Shown in pieces: positions 18,701 to 25,768 of a stretch of DNA of 64,000 nucleotides. Each line of letters starts with the position of its first letter. The stretch's first letter is position 1. A model generated the notes under the pieces. It searched no databases and had not been told where the DNA came from. It saw only the letters and a program-made list of their open reading frames with translations. The stretch spans positions 32,001 to 96,000 of the IMG/VR virus record IMGVR_UViG_3300027205_000173; one strand, given 5' to 3'. Both the position numbers and the translations under genes were made by a program. The DNA is from a virus. Taxonomy: Duplodnaviria; Caudoviricetes.

Positions 18701-20695
18701 CTGACGGTCATCCTGTTCATCAAGTTCTGCATCAATATCCGAGTCGCCCGAGCGCGAACGCATTCCCTGCTGGCGTCCCTTGCTAGGTTTTGTTTCTCTT
18801 AAATTGGGGAATGGTGGAAAGGGGCGAGTTCTTTTTTCAAATTCTTCATCAGTTTCATCAAACTTCTTACGAGGTTTGCCGGTTCCTAGATCGAATGGCA
18901 GGTCAGAACCAATAGGTTGCATTTCGCCACGTGAGCGCATGCCACCATCATTAGTGCCTGATAAACTCTGTAAGAGATTAGGGTTACCACCGATATCGTC
19001 GATGATTGAACGTAGTTTCTTTTCATCAAAAGAAACATTGCCATTACCTGAGCGACGTTGCTTTTCAATTGCTTCGGCATCTCCCTCGACGACTGCCGAA
19101 AGTTTTCTGGCAAGGTTCTTGGGTACGATAAAGCGAGGAATAATTGGTCGTTCCAAGCCTGGCTTGCCTTCAAAAACAATGCCGTCAGAGTCGGCGTCAG
19201 TAACGCCAGTAATGTCAACGAATGCCATGCCTGCAGGAGCCGCACGCAAGCCGCCCCCTAGTTTCGGACCAATTTTGCCACTAAGGGCTTTTATTCTGGT
19301 CTTGGGGGCGTCTTTGGTGTTAGGCGCCCCATCACCTTTTTTTGAACCACCGCCACCATCTAGGTAGGAGGAGATATTTTTGTGGGCTGATCTGAGTGCC
19401 TGTAGTGAATCTTCGTTGATCCCGCTAGTGATATGGACTCCGTAGTCGTCAACGTGTGCTTCTAGGCGATGGTAATTGAGTACGGGGTCTAGTAGTGACT
19501 TGACCTCGTATGCATATTGTGGCTTGCACCATACCGAATATTCCAAGGCAGTTTTTTTCTGCTGTCCACCAGCAAGATTGCGCAAATAGTCGATGGCATC
19601 TTGGATTTTCTGCAATTCGCTTTCCTTGATTGTTTCATCTTCTCCGGCGTTAGAAAGAACTTCGACTGCCTGATCAAGTTGATCATCAAATGATTTCATC
19701 ATCGAAACTGGCTGCTGGGAATCACCATAGGACTGGGTTACATATCCTGGCTTAACCATCATCGGCATCGAAGGCATTTGCGATGGAACAATCTGTTGTG
19801 AAGCCATCTTCTCTGGCTTGCCGAACATGTATCTGCCGCTTTGTGACTCGCGATGGTACCCAATTCGATAAGTCATGCGGGTTCCGTCTGGCATTGTGCG
19901 ATCAAAAACAACGCTGTTTTCGGTTGCGTTCACTACTTTGAGTGGGCTTGCTGATCGTGAAGATAATTCCATTTCAAGTGCGGCACGAGCCTCGCCGCCA
20001 AGTTGGCCAGATTCTCCTGAAGCAAAAATGTCTGTTCGTTCGTTTGCTGCTGGGAATGTTTGCGGTTTTGCTGGGGAGAGGTTAAAGCGAGGGATGTCGA
20101 TAGCCGTCGAACCAGGTCGACTTTGACGCATTCCGCCCTGCATTCCTTCTGGACCACATTTTTCGCCATTTTCGTCGCTTTTGACGGAAAGTGTGGCAGT
20201 GAGTTGGTTTGCTCCGTGGAGAACAGGGCTGACTTCGTATAATTCAACTTCACGCAGGACGTTGGCTTGCATTGTGGGATCAAACGTTGCTTGAAGTGTC
20301 TTGTAGCCGATTGACCATTCTTGTTCTTGTCCAAAGAATGCCACGCTGCCAAATCCTTCGCGTCCCTTTTCCGTTGCAAGGTTGAATTGGACGCGAGCGT
20401 ATAGTCCACCGACCCCGGCCATCTTCATCTTCATGGGGATACGTGGGTCGTTTGCTGGTACTTCGTAGATTTCTAGAACTTTACCGATAGGGTCATTCCA
20501 GTTGTGTCCCCAGACCACGCGTGGCTTACGACGCTTGAGGCTTTCCGTAAATGCACCGCTGATGATCACATCGCCTACCGAATCCTTATTACCGATGGCG
20601 GCTACAAAACATTCAACGATTCCTTGCGCTGAGTCAATATTAATTTGACCATCAAGCGCTTTGAAAAGTATGTCTGACGTCGAGAAATTGGACAT
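9719..20695 (-). CDS. HK97-type prohead protease (S78) fused to a ~3480-aa motif-punctuated polyprotein that includes a KTSC domain
   Basis: The N-terminal ~170 aa carry GNKDSVGDVI, VVWGHNW (His), WSIGY (Ser) and LYEVSPV (Glu). The gene is immediately downstream of the portal with an AAGGAG RBS. It contains 24 G[MLFV]RS motifs. KTSC-like SSAVDFVRYDAAKEELVVQYKGGGAYVF..ESLGKALN lies at ~11980-12145. Confidence 0.9.
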   Translation of the reverse strand: MSNFSTSDILFKALDGQINIDSAQGIVECFVAAIGNKDSVGDVIISGAFTESLKRRKPRVVWGHNWNDPIGKVLEIYEVPANDPRIPMKMKMAGVGGLYARVQFNLATEKGREGFGSVAFFGQEQEWSIGYKTLQATFDPTMQANVLREVELYEVSPVLHGANQLTATLSVKSDENGEKCGPEGMQGGMRQSRPGSTAIDIPRFNLSPAKPQTFPAANERTDIFASGESGQLGGEARAALEMELSSRSASPLKVVNATENSVVFDRTMPDGTRMTYRIGYHRESQSGRYMFGKPEKMASQQIVPSQMPSMPMMVKPGYVTQSYGDSQQPVSMMKSFDDQLDQAVEVLSNAGEDETIKESELQKIQDAIDYLRNLAGGQQKKTALEYSVWCKPQYAYEVKSLLDPVLNYHRLEAHVDDYGVHITSGINEDSLQALRSAHKNISSYLDGGGGSKKGDGAPNTKDAPKTRIKALSGKIGPKLGGGLRAAPAGMAFVDITGVTDADSDGIVFEGKPGLERPIIPRFIVPKNLARKLSAVVEGDAEAIEKQRRSGNGNVSFDEKKLRSIIDDIGGNPNLLQSLSGTNDGGMRSRGEMQPIGSDLPFDLGTGKPRKKFDETDEEFEKRTRPFPPFPNLRETKPSKGRQQGMRSRSGDSDIDAELDEQDDRQFRENRLDAPRKKPQKSMRELREENRLKRQRDAAEYDTEAMLDEWADDQRNMEREDRGMRSRGYVGPPDSWYEPDDDPLEPIMENVGEEWSRMDSDRYYETARDWTRENVDKYKDMTDDEWDSLLDDVNESDDPIAAMEKLFKEYNNSDAFDDDIQKAAESDLENAQEEDRGWVRGFRSRSGDPEIDYQLDEQDDRQFRENRLNAPRKKPQKSMRELREENRLKRQREAENDPEYIQYMLDEQADMQRDMEREERGMRSTSQRKIYSDQVAADRARKVLEDDGVDPRDLFQGDDESTQDYLDRITPLIEKYAPEIFDGRSLDEFVSKDNISEVNKLIDNAYSNNDVIREGLDVRVFNDGMGDASESRLWMDFVDTEVDVADGPAGSFLQDSGLVDYIETEGDSDGGWSWSIDVSKASPEDKKRFVASAVSDAIMSHEGSWGRDGFVLRDKDRGMRSRRGPTYNEQFEDLDQDSDHFENLLERTVEIMIEDDELDPKDVDWSNILDNEKVMSRAEEMWNSDVQTHWENVGERQRDDVGMRSRLGDAVRKQGREIGKDLKREAKKFAREKGRELLDDAVDNIFDRNRRDRGMRSRRFREDSKPDKKLKPAYGRRGPVQALQNMSDEELIKLLQSYGETAWRPWDRNPQSSSLLLRDRPSLSSLVQELDSRGYDVYQSEGREPEYFGDYSAGDKSVYARKRGQEPSTLPNGGMSSGEEEKGTQDVIDSQLEDRRRSESKTWKATVPDDYKPSDGALETLTPAERRLLETFKPKSKAQRKQEMLDSFRNQAKRDVDSNKPYDTWDWYPTFEEWDQEYKKKLRQYRKAQRKAYAHDLEKGNVKPVEERAVQQTGWSVENLDWDNFKPKPLRFGSYDGPRDVPELLRGFRSKITDGLRNERNNSVEPKVTKEQRAFDILAQMSQRSGQKFGLSDKELQDIFDGDQRINPELMKIVRSELKRQGFTKDDVADVLSGRYAGYARNQISGPSDDGERIFESEMESIANRAFLESMDILSDGLTVDEFQDFVSSGRIPQGKESILRRANEVYDNIVKDSDKQRTMGLRSRTGRNIDAEIDTNIKKQRDLEKELDDEKIDLAEFRRRQAPLRQEFSDLRKEQGAESATRKAPELDATGRPRREMIERDEKGKVKFDSEKFLAEQNDKRRLTMSELGFTEDEINTLMGASSSGMRSRSGSHENFKNTRDAYLSKNSEGIVNKLEELTQRRNELDAKSKELMDQYYANGRDFNDEENDLFDEIENELDSVNDEIKGITDWAKYAVSEDTQRLVGRTGTTKARVAYKKMLDDGDINQEEYDALITDLIDPAFFDDEHWDSVDAISFVSNLRDNFEGSEFDDIDPDYLITEKIDDLSSDFADEKVTEALDRLKNGGMRSRSGKKNNSEKRKMNTKLTPDQVRIMQEQKLRSKKIPGKKKDGPSTNEWGFRSREDFGNSAGAAIGYISEIFSKDDKNLSSNEKYLRNHLLDNGVKIDFYRADREGSVGSDISLRDNAKANMDDKLDALVNAISKDKRASDILSNNGFLMDDRAWESAPSYKNRPNRKGPKLGDRERGVEARANIIDLAPGDVLPENWDDETSAVGEPMVRIADIRSDGQEDGYVTMVLENMSDGTTETRTFGTNDTFPNVSRPSGSRGGRQQGMRSRRSYDDESGSRGVREGVAESEHFEGFMWIDQLKGDNVDADVIPLADIYGDDRPGYGVVGVYRTDDGFGGIEYFYGGDDEEFDSVEDAMDFLQNVDDQGNEGILYGDPEFRSLDRVRAAGKPGRRPLEGMRSQTNSGSTNMEDATDEELKNLMNDWFDVTDGKVSVDDPLEKKKIRDSYFAAKQEIDRRRKENKSRKPGTNSKPTSGMRSRRSYDDEGGSGGVREGVAESKYNTGSKWIDRLNGENVDAEVIPLADIYGDDTPGYGVVGMFRTEDGVEYFYGGADDEEFDSVEDAMDFLQNIEDQGNDDVFYEDEQFRSLDRVRAAGKPGRRPLEGLRSRSGGTSANVEADRRDAAHDSRLNLMSPNYLDELSRREDVQTRLNVANNDMAYLETIKDLLEDENLEVRKAADKNIQRRFGAIANQPSSDARKPASRQRRQAARKYLIKHEERMKKAGLRSRSNREEGLEVGEKFKPGEIIRRNKDRDIEPRRFAAAAKRPPDDPDDPDDVQEIADGMRSKAGTGLGESREIYPSRRMAESSAVDFVRYDAAKEELVVQYKGGGAYVFGGISADDADSIEEAESLGKALNDVKRNATYSVKPNGDVNGVESTTVDFLERDLRRIPMSEDEKSVYGNAIELLRNGITEDSDLERVQSQVTNISNLANDMWGNDEYAASNFLSEAAEKINKKLNIARGGGGFRSRAGARHQKMEVNLSVDEIGLIRDEIRGITAKHGGNGMITYGMKKYDNLLEELQNQKKSNPGRSLTILSSEYDNVMTAYDELEKVDPSWIKMFGADPLEMASVSKEGKYTSPNVDMPGEEFDGKRINNGAPADITPRMQGQLVDWGRRQPNFRIVKGLVEAHKKNNGTMTARQWSTLRNMFDRFSEENRSGGVRSRVGSGMRSQTGSAVSTSRPGKGKGPRTAKDALPENYETLSLDEKFDALISAGKYDESTNPNGIQVGEYNAAFRRLRDAEDQQDRITARREALAERMKRSAEAGPVTRRPEVMEQDSPRRADDAETTPENRAALAKKVRQKQMSTIEKVVAKAQDSISGAIIDGDAEDEHGRLWDEVMDLVQAEDGGDDTDLTLSKLSSIIEALDDYTIGFDGEEMSPAERKSVNNATKLKNTLEELYDDIDSDPFIKRGNTSREQAGVSLGGEEDDNPTPRFMTGEGLRSRSSLVNGYIGSRKNAERQPKAGMRSRSGTEQDGRAEIRWEATEFNKVEQSLSREISEAQRSGDSKTANSLRNLTKIMDRQKSGDVGGKRTNAGALYLTQSELDDVMDALMHVVDRQTQTDGSRTNMFAQMLDKLAEAGMTTFIRKTAKPVNSRFVEKTNESGRTVKIPLNE
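12737..13765 (-). repeat. Duplicated ~130-aa cassette (13358-13765 and 12737-13138) inside the protease polyprotein
   Basis: Both copies read GMRSRRSYDDE..GVREGVAES...IPLADIYGDD.PGYGVVG...EEFDSVEDAMDFLQN...FRSLDRVRAAGKPGRRPLEG[ML]RS. Confidence 0.95.
17924..18766 (-). repeat. Duplicated ~80-aa cassette (18518-18766 and 17924-18178) inside the protease polyprotein
   Basis: Both copies read G[MF]RSRSGD..ID..LDEQDDRQFRENRL.APRKKPQKSMRELREENRLKRQR...MERE.RGMRS. Confidence 0.95.
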
Positions 20696-20702
20696 TGGGG
20701 CT

Positions 20703-20733
20703 CCTTAACTATCTTGTACCATAATAGTTAAGG
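20703..20733 (-). promoter_or_regulatory. Hairpin sequestering the SD of the protease gene, with a -10-like hexamer in its loop
   Basis: Perfect 10-bp inverted repeat CCTTAACTAT-N11-ATAGTTAAGG. On the minus strand the 3' arm holds AAGG of AAGGAG and the loop holds TATGGT / TG.TACAAG. Confidence 0.6.
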
Positions 20734-20780
20734 CGCTAATGGTTCAATGCAACTGTTAAGTATTTTTCAGTCAAATATGA

Positions 20781-20814
20781 TTTAGTTTACGGAAATTGTT
20801 TTAGTTTACGGAAA
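20781..20814. repeat. 15-bp direct repeat TTTAGTTTACGGAAA x2, between portal and protease genes
   Basis: Exact copies at 20781-20795 and 20800-20814. Confidence 0.8.
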
Positions 20815-22839
20815 CTATGGTCTGCAATAGTCCCAAGAGCGACGTGCTTCTGCCGAGGCAACCTCTGGGCGAATCTTCACCAACAAATCGGTATAGATGC
20901 TGACAATGGATGTCTTTAGGGCACTGAGTCGTTCCTCGTCGTTCTTAATTCCAAACGAATTAAAGATAGCCATATCCAAAAGTGTCCGAGTATCGTCGTT
21001 TATAGACTTAATTCTAGTCATCTGAGCATCAAGATGTGCATGGATATCCGATGCTGACGGTCCAGAATAATTTGCTGACTTTTCTGCATATATGGACTTT
21101 GAGTCCTTGACGATAGCCGAAAGTACAGGACGGATATCCTCATCCATTTGCTTGGTCCACGTATCATTATTCAAAATGCTTTCAGAATCAAGAGAACCAG
21201 AACTCAAGAATTCCCTAGACTTCTTGCCGCCAACCTTCTCTAGGACAACACGCTGTTGACGTTCGAGTACTCGTTCTAGGCTTCGATCTAAGATTTCTTC
21301 CCAGCGCACAACAGCAATGTCTCGTTCCGCGCTGTCATCTTTGTAGGCCAATGGTTGCCTATCGGACATTTGGGCCATCGCCCCTTCGGGCCCTGCGGGA
21401 ATTCCCCCACCAGGCATACCCATTCCAGGAAAACCTCCAGGAGCGTCATTCGGTGCACCAGGGACTCCGCCCTGTTCTGCCATGAGTGCTCCAGCCATCG
21501 TATCTGGGGCTGGAGCGCCACCAGCGGCATCAGGAGGCATTCCAGCAGGCATTCCAGGAGGACCGCCACCCATAGGAACCCCGCCCTGACCAGGAGGAGG
21601 AGTGGGCTTGGTTGTATTTGCGATTGGGGTCAAGTTGGGGTTCATGAGAAGGCTATCCGCCAACTCCGATTCAACCTTCTTACGACCAGTTCCTTCACGA
21701 TATTCGTTGACGCTAATAAGTCCGCGACTTTGCTCATCCAGAAGGTATCTTTCACGCTCCTGCTTGGTAATAATCAGGTATGGAACGTCGGAAGTATCAA
21801 AGTCAATATAATGTTCAGCATCGAGGTCGTCAAGTGCTCGTGCCAAAATCTCCAAGTGAGGAGACATAGTCTCATTCCAGAAAACGCTCACTTCCTCGGC
21901 AGCGTTGCTGAATGTTCTGCCAGAAGCATTACCGATGACTGACTCAGGAACGCCAAACGAAGCAAGGATTTCTTCCTTGGTGATCTGACGCATTTGAATA
22001 TAGGCAGCATCTCGCGGATTTGACGAAGTATCAACATAATCAACGCCATCATCAGCCGAAATAACAGTAGTTGACCCAACGCGACCCAAGTTGCCCCTAA
22101 AACGGTTCCTTAACTCATCTTTGTCATCTTCATCGATTTCCCCACGAAGAACCAACAAACCACCAGGACGACCATCATTAAGTAGGTAGTTGCGGTTATA
22201 GAGTTTCGCTAAGTTCTCAATTTCAATAGCAACGCCAGCGGACTCCATGGGAGTTAGTGACAAGTAAGGGTCTAGTGGATGTGGTCGACGAACCCAAATA
22301 ACATCATCGGGATTCATGATGATCTTGGTGCCAGTTGGCATTAAGACTTCATACCCAGAAACGAACTTAACAGGGTCGGGGATAGGTGCAGTTGATTGAG
22401 GAGGAAGGAGATTTAGCCCAATAATTGAGCCATCACGACCACGAACCTTCTCAATAAAAGCGCCACGAGTTCCAAGAAGAATCTGAGATGAGAGACGGTA
22501 TCTAAAAATATACGCATTTTCACCAATATTGGATTTTGTGTTCAAAATTGTCAATAATGATGATTTATCAGCAGTATCCCCACGAACAATACGGCCAATT
22601 GGCGAATTTTCTTTACGAAGGATGACAGGGAGGCGAGCCTGATTACCTGCGATGGCATCAATACAGCGTGCCACCCAGGTGACTTTCTGCATTCCCTCGC
22701 GATAAGCGCGCTCAATGTCCCAGGGGTCACGATAGGCGCGTCCAACAAAACTTGGGTTTGCTGAAACGGGTGCGCCAGGACCAATGAGCGACTTCCCGCC
22801 CTGGCCATTTAATGATTTATTAGAAATATTCCAAGCCAT
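20815..22839 (-). CDS. Phage portal protein (HK97 family) with a Pro/Gly-rich linker and a C-terminal extension
   Basis: VARCIDAIAGNQARLP, GLNLLPP, LSLTPM, NDGRPGGLL, EEILASFGVP..IG, TFSNA and ISVNEYRE match the HK97 portal pattern. Confidence 0.92.
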   Translation of the reverse strand: MAWNISNKSLNGQGGKSLIGPGAPVSANPSFVGRAYRDPWDIERAYREGMQKVTWVARCIDAIAGNQARLPVILRKENSPIGRIVRGDTADKSSLLTILNTKSNIGENAYIFRYRLSSQILLGTRGAFIEKVRGRDGSIIGLNLLPPQSTAPIPDPVKFVSGYEVLMPTGTKIIMNPDDVIWVRRPHPLDPYLSLTPMESAGVAIEIENLAKLYNRNYLLNDGRPGGLLVLRGEIDEDDKDELRNRFRGNLGRVGSTTVISADDGVDYVDTSSNPRDAAYIQMRQITKEEILASFGVPESVIGNASGRTFSNAAEEVSVFWNETMSPHLEILARALDDLDAEHYIDFDTSDVPYLIITKQERERYLLDEQSRGLISVNEYREGTGRKKVESELADSLLMNPNLTPIANTTKPTPPPGQGGVPMGGGPPGMPAGMPPDAAGGAPAPDTMAGALMAEQGGVPGAPNDAPGGFPGMGMPGGGIPAGPEGAMAQMSDRQPLAYKDDSAERDIAVVRWEEILDRSLERVLERQQRVVLEKVGGKKSREFLSSGSLDSESILNNDTWTKQMDEDIRPVLSAIVKDSKSIYAEKSANYSGPSASDIHAHLDAQMTRIKSINDDTRTLLDMAIFNSFGIKNDEERLSALKTSIVSIYTDLLVKIRPEVASAEARRSWDYCRP

Positions 22840-22842
22840 GTT

Positions 22843-23076
22843 TTACTCAAGCCCTAACAGGATGCCAAAAATTCCACAACACACTCCAGCAACAATAAGC
22901 CCGAGGGCAGGAGAATACATAAACGTACCGACACTTGTCAACAGTATGAATAATACCATCATTATATTTGCTGCTACTGTACGTGTTCTAATGCGCAATA
23001 AAAACAATCTCAAACGAGTTAATGTAATCTTGATACGAGAAGGTTCTGTCTTGTTTCGCTTTTTACGAGTTTTCAC
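22843..23076 (-). CDS. Small membrane protein upstream of the portal
   Basis: Basic N-terminus followed by two hydrophobic helices. GTG at 23076 lies 7 nt after TAGATT (leaderless). The track's longer start would overlap terL. Confidence 0.6.
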   Translation of the reverse strand: MKTRKKRNKTEPSRIKITLTRLRLFLLRIRTRTVAANIMMVLFILLTSVGTFMYSPALGLIVAGVCCGIFGILLGLE

Positions 23077-23117
23077 AAAAAACAATCTAATACATAAAAC
23101 ACTGACTGGAGTGGACA

Positions 23118-24422
23118 ATGCCCGATTGGAATAAAGTTCTTGAATATCTGGAACCAAAGATGCCACCGTTTTGCCCAGAGACGCCATCACTCACACAAAA
23201 GGTATTCCTAAGAACTTACTCATTGGAGGCCCTATTTGGCGGCGCGGCTGGCGGTGGGAAAAGTTCGGCCCTCCTCATGGCGGCGATGCAATATATCGAT
23301 GTACCAGGTTATTCGGCAATTATTTTCCGTCGTACCTATGCCGACCTTGCTCTTCCAGGAGCCATCATGGACCGTTTCATTCATTGGATGTCGACAATTG
23401 ATGACGTCAGATGGAACGCCAACAACTACACCGCCGTATTCCCTTCGGGGGCAAGAATTTCATTTGGATACTTGAATAACTCGCAGGACTTTCTTCGTTA
23501 CAAAGGTGCAGAATTCCAATTTATTGGGATGGACGAAGTTACGGAAATCCGTGAATCAGATTATCGATACATGTTCTCTCGTCTACGTCGCCCTGGTTCT
23601 GGTCCACTTTCACAAGTTCCACTCAGAATGCGATCCGCCTGCAACCCAGCACCCAACTGGGTTCGTCAACGATTTATTGTTGAAGGGATATCGGAAGGCA
23701 GAATTTTTGTTCCTTCAAAACTTTCCGATAACCCAGGAATCGATGCTGACTCATACCGCCAGGCGCTTCAGGCCCTAGACCCGCTTGAACGGCGTAGACT
23801 AGAAGAAGGTGACTGGTGGGCAACCACTCTCGGCTCAATGTTTAGTAGAGAAGCAGTTGTTATCATAGATCACTCTGATATCCCTCAAATCACGACAGCA
23901 GCAAGAGCCGTTAGATTTTGGGACTTAGCAGCGACAGAGCCAAGTTATACAAACCCTGATCCTGACTGGACCGTAGGTACGTTAATGCTTTTTGATGGTG
24001 GTATAGCCTATGTGTTGGACATCAAGAAGGCCAGAGTTAAGGGTGAAAAGGTAGAACAACTCATTGCTCAAACCGCATACGAAGACGGACATACGGTCGC
24101 CATCAGGATGGAACAAGAACCGGGATCGTCTGGAAAGGCCTTGGTTGATCAGTATGCGAGAAATATTTTGCAGGGGTTTGACTTTGGCGGCATACGTTCA
24201 ACCGGAGACAAGATAACGCGAGCCAGGCCATTCGCTGCTGCTGTTGCTAACGGCAACGTTCGATGCCTCAGGGGGCCGTGGCTCACAGACTGGCTGGATG
24301 AAATGTCTTCATTCCCTGAAGCGTGTAACCACGATGACCAAGTTGACTCCGCCGTTAGTGCATTTACATATTTGTCAGGATTGGGCTTGCCTCAACGCAA
24401 AAAAATTGGTATTATCATCTGA
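23118..24422 (+). CDS. terL: Terminase large subunit
   Basis: Walker A GGAAGGGKS, Walker B FIGMDE, coupling motif SACNP, and nuclease motifs RFWDLA and HDDQVD. Confidence 0.95.
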   Translation: MPDWNKVLEYLEPKMPPFCPETPSLTQKVFLRTYSLEALFGGAAGGGKSSALLMAAMQYIDVPGYSAIIFRRTYADLALPGAIMDRFIHWMSTIDDVRWNANNYTAVFPSGARISFGYLNNSQDFLRYKGAEFQFIGMDEVTEIRESDYRYMFSRLRRPGSGPLSQVPLRMRSACNPAPNWVRQRFIVEGISEGRIFVPSKLSDNPGIDADSYRQALQALDPLERRRLEEGDWWATTLGSMFSREAVVIIDHSDIPQITTAARAVRFWDLAATEPSYTNPDPDWTVGTLMLFDGGIAYVLDIKKARVKGEKVEQLIAQTAYEDGHTVAIRMEQEPGSSGKALVDQYARNILQGFDFGGIRSTGDKITRARPFAAAVANGNVRCLRGPWLTDWLDEMSSFPEACNHDDQVDSAVSAFTYLSGLGLPQRKKIGIII

Positions 24423-24446
24423 AATCACTACGACAAAAGGACGCCA

Positions 24447-24944
24447 ATGTCAAATCTAGAACGCCTAGAAGCATTCCGCAGAGAATTATCTGACATTTGT
24501 GCTGATATCAGTACAGAACTCGCACAAGACGGTGCGGTCATCGAAGAATCGTGCGTAAATTTAGTACATATCTACAATCTCAAAAGAGACATTAATTATA
24601 TCTATGAGGAAATGGTTACTGTTATCGCAGACAAAATGCCACAGTCAATGATTTTCCTTTCAGATGGAACAGAAATTGAGCGCAAGCAAAGTGCCGACCG
24701 CAAGGCGTGGGACCACAAGGGTTTAGCCAATGAAGTGGCAGCGAAAATATCTCAAATGTCAGTGGATATGGATACTGGGGAAATTACCTTGACACCAGAA
24801 GAAATGATGATTAAGATGCTTGATTACGCAGCACCATCATATTGGAGAGTTGGCGAACTTGGGAAAATCGGGGTCAACCCCTCCAAGTATTGCGAAACAT
24901 CCGAAGGGCGGACAAGTATTGTCATTAAGAAAGGGAAAGTGTAA
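24447..24944 (+). CDS. Hypothetical protein (recombination cluster)
   Basis: 165-aa ORF with AAGGA RBS, coupled to the next gene (TAATG). Confidence 0.6.
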   Translation: MSNLERLEAFRRELSDICADISTELAQDGAVIEESCVNLVHIYNLKRDINYIYEEMVTVIADKMPQSMIFLSDGTEIERKQSADRKAWDHKGLANEVAAKISQMSVDMDTGEITLTPEEMMIKMLDYAAPSYWRVGELGKIGVNPSKYCETSEGRTSIVIKKGKV

Positions 24945-25768
24945 TGCCACAATCACCACGAAATAAACAATTAATAGATACCGCAGAATTAGTAGAGACG
25001 GAAATTCCAGAAAGGGCCAATTCCATGCACGATGAGCAAACACACGAAGAATTTTGGGTAGAAAAAGATAAGCGAGATCAAATCGTCGCTAAGCGAAATC
25101 GCTCAGAACAAGAAAGATTACTCTCCGAATTAAGTGAACCATTTTCTTCGGAAGTTGAAAGAGAACTACGAAAAGGTACAGCAGTACTCATTTACATCCC
25201 TGTAAGCGAAGTAATCGCTCGCTTGAATCGAGTATTTGGTGTTCTTGGTTGGTCCTCCGAAATTATTAAATGCGAACGAGATGCACTTGACCCTGATTGC
25301 ATCGTTGCCCATGTACGACTTACTGTCTCTACGTCTGAATACGGACAAATTATTCAGAAAGATGGTTTTGGTGGACAGAAAATCAAAAGAACTAAAACTG
25401 GTGACATCATAGACCTTGGCAACGAATTCAAGGGTGCGGTTTCTGATGCTCTCAAAAAGGCTGCTCAACAATTCGGCGTAGCACTATATCTTTCTCGCTC
25501 AGATGAATCACTAAATCAAGAGACTGAACGCGAGCACGCAGCAAATGCGCCAAAAATTGATCCGAATATTCTTGCCCTATGGGCAAAATTCCGTGAAGCA
25601 AGTAAGGATTTCTCCGCTGAACAGAAAACAAAATTGAACGAATTTTGGACTAAGTATTCCAATGGTCGTCCAAAGCCTTCTCCAGAGACGGCAACGATGC
25701 AGGACATCATGGCTCTCATCGAAGAATCTACTCGTATTTCGTTCCCTGGATCAGAGTTTGAGGGATGA
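24944..25768 (+). CDS. Rad52/Rad22-family single-strand annealing protein
   Basis: YIPVSEVIARLNRVFGVLGWS...KGAVSDALKKAAQQFGVALYL. Confidence 0.85.
   Translation: MPQSPRNKQLIDTAELVETEIPERANSMHDEQTHEEFWVEKDKRDQIVAKRNRSEQERLLSELSEPFSSEVERELRKGTAVLIYIPVSEVIARLNRVFGVLGWSSEIIKCERDALDPDCIVAHVRLTVSTSEYGQIIQKDGFGGQKIKRTKTGDIIDLGNEFKGAVSDALKKAAQQFGVALYLSRSDESLNQETEREHAANAPKIDPNILALWAKFREASKDFSAEQKTKLNEFWTKYSNGRPKPSPETATMQDIMALIEESTRISFPGSEFEG

Noticed and set aside
10157-18943. Recurring CGTGAACGCAT-like DNA as a CRISPR array or attC-like sites
   Set aside because: The repeats are at most 15 nt, irregularly spaced, always in frame and variable at synonymous positions. There is no palindromic repeat, cas operon or integrase in the window.
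9719-20695. Intein or fused major capsid domain explaining the size of the protease gene
   Set aside because: No Hint/LAGLIDADG motifs or C...HN splice junctions were seen, and no segment resembles an HK97-fold capsid sequence by eye.
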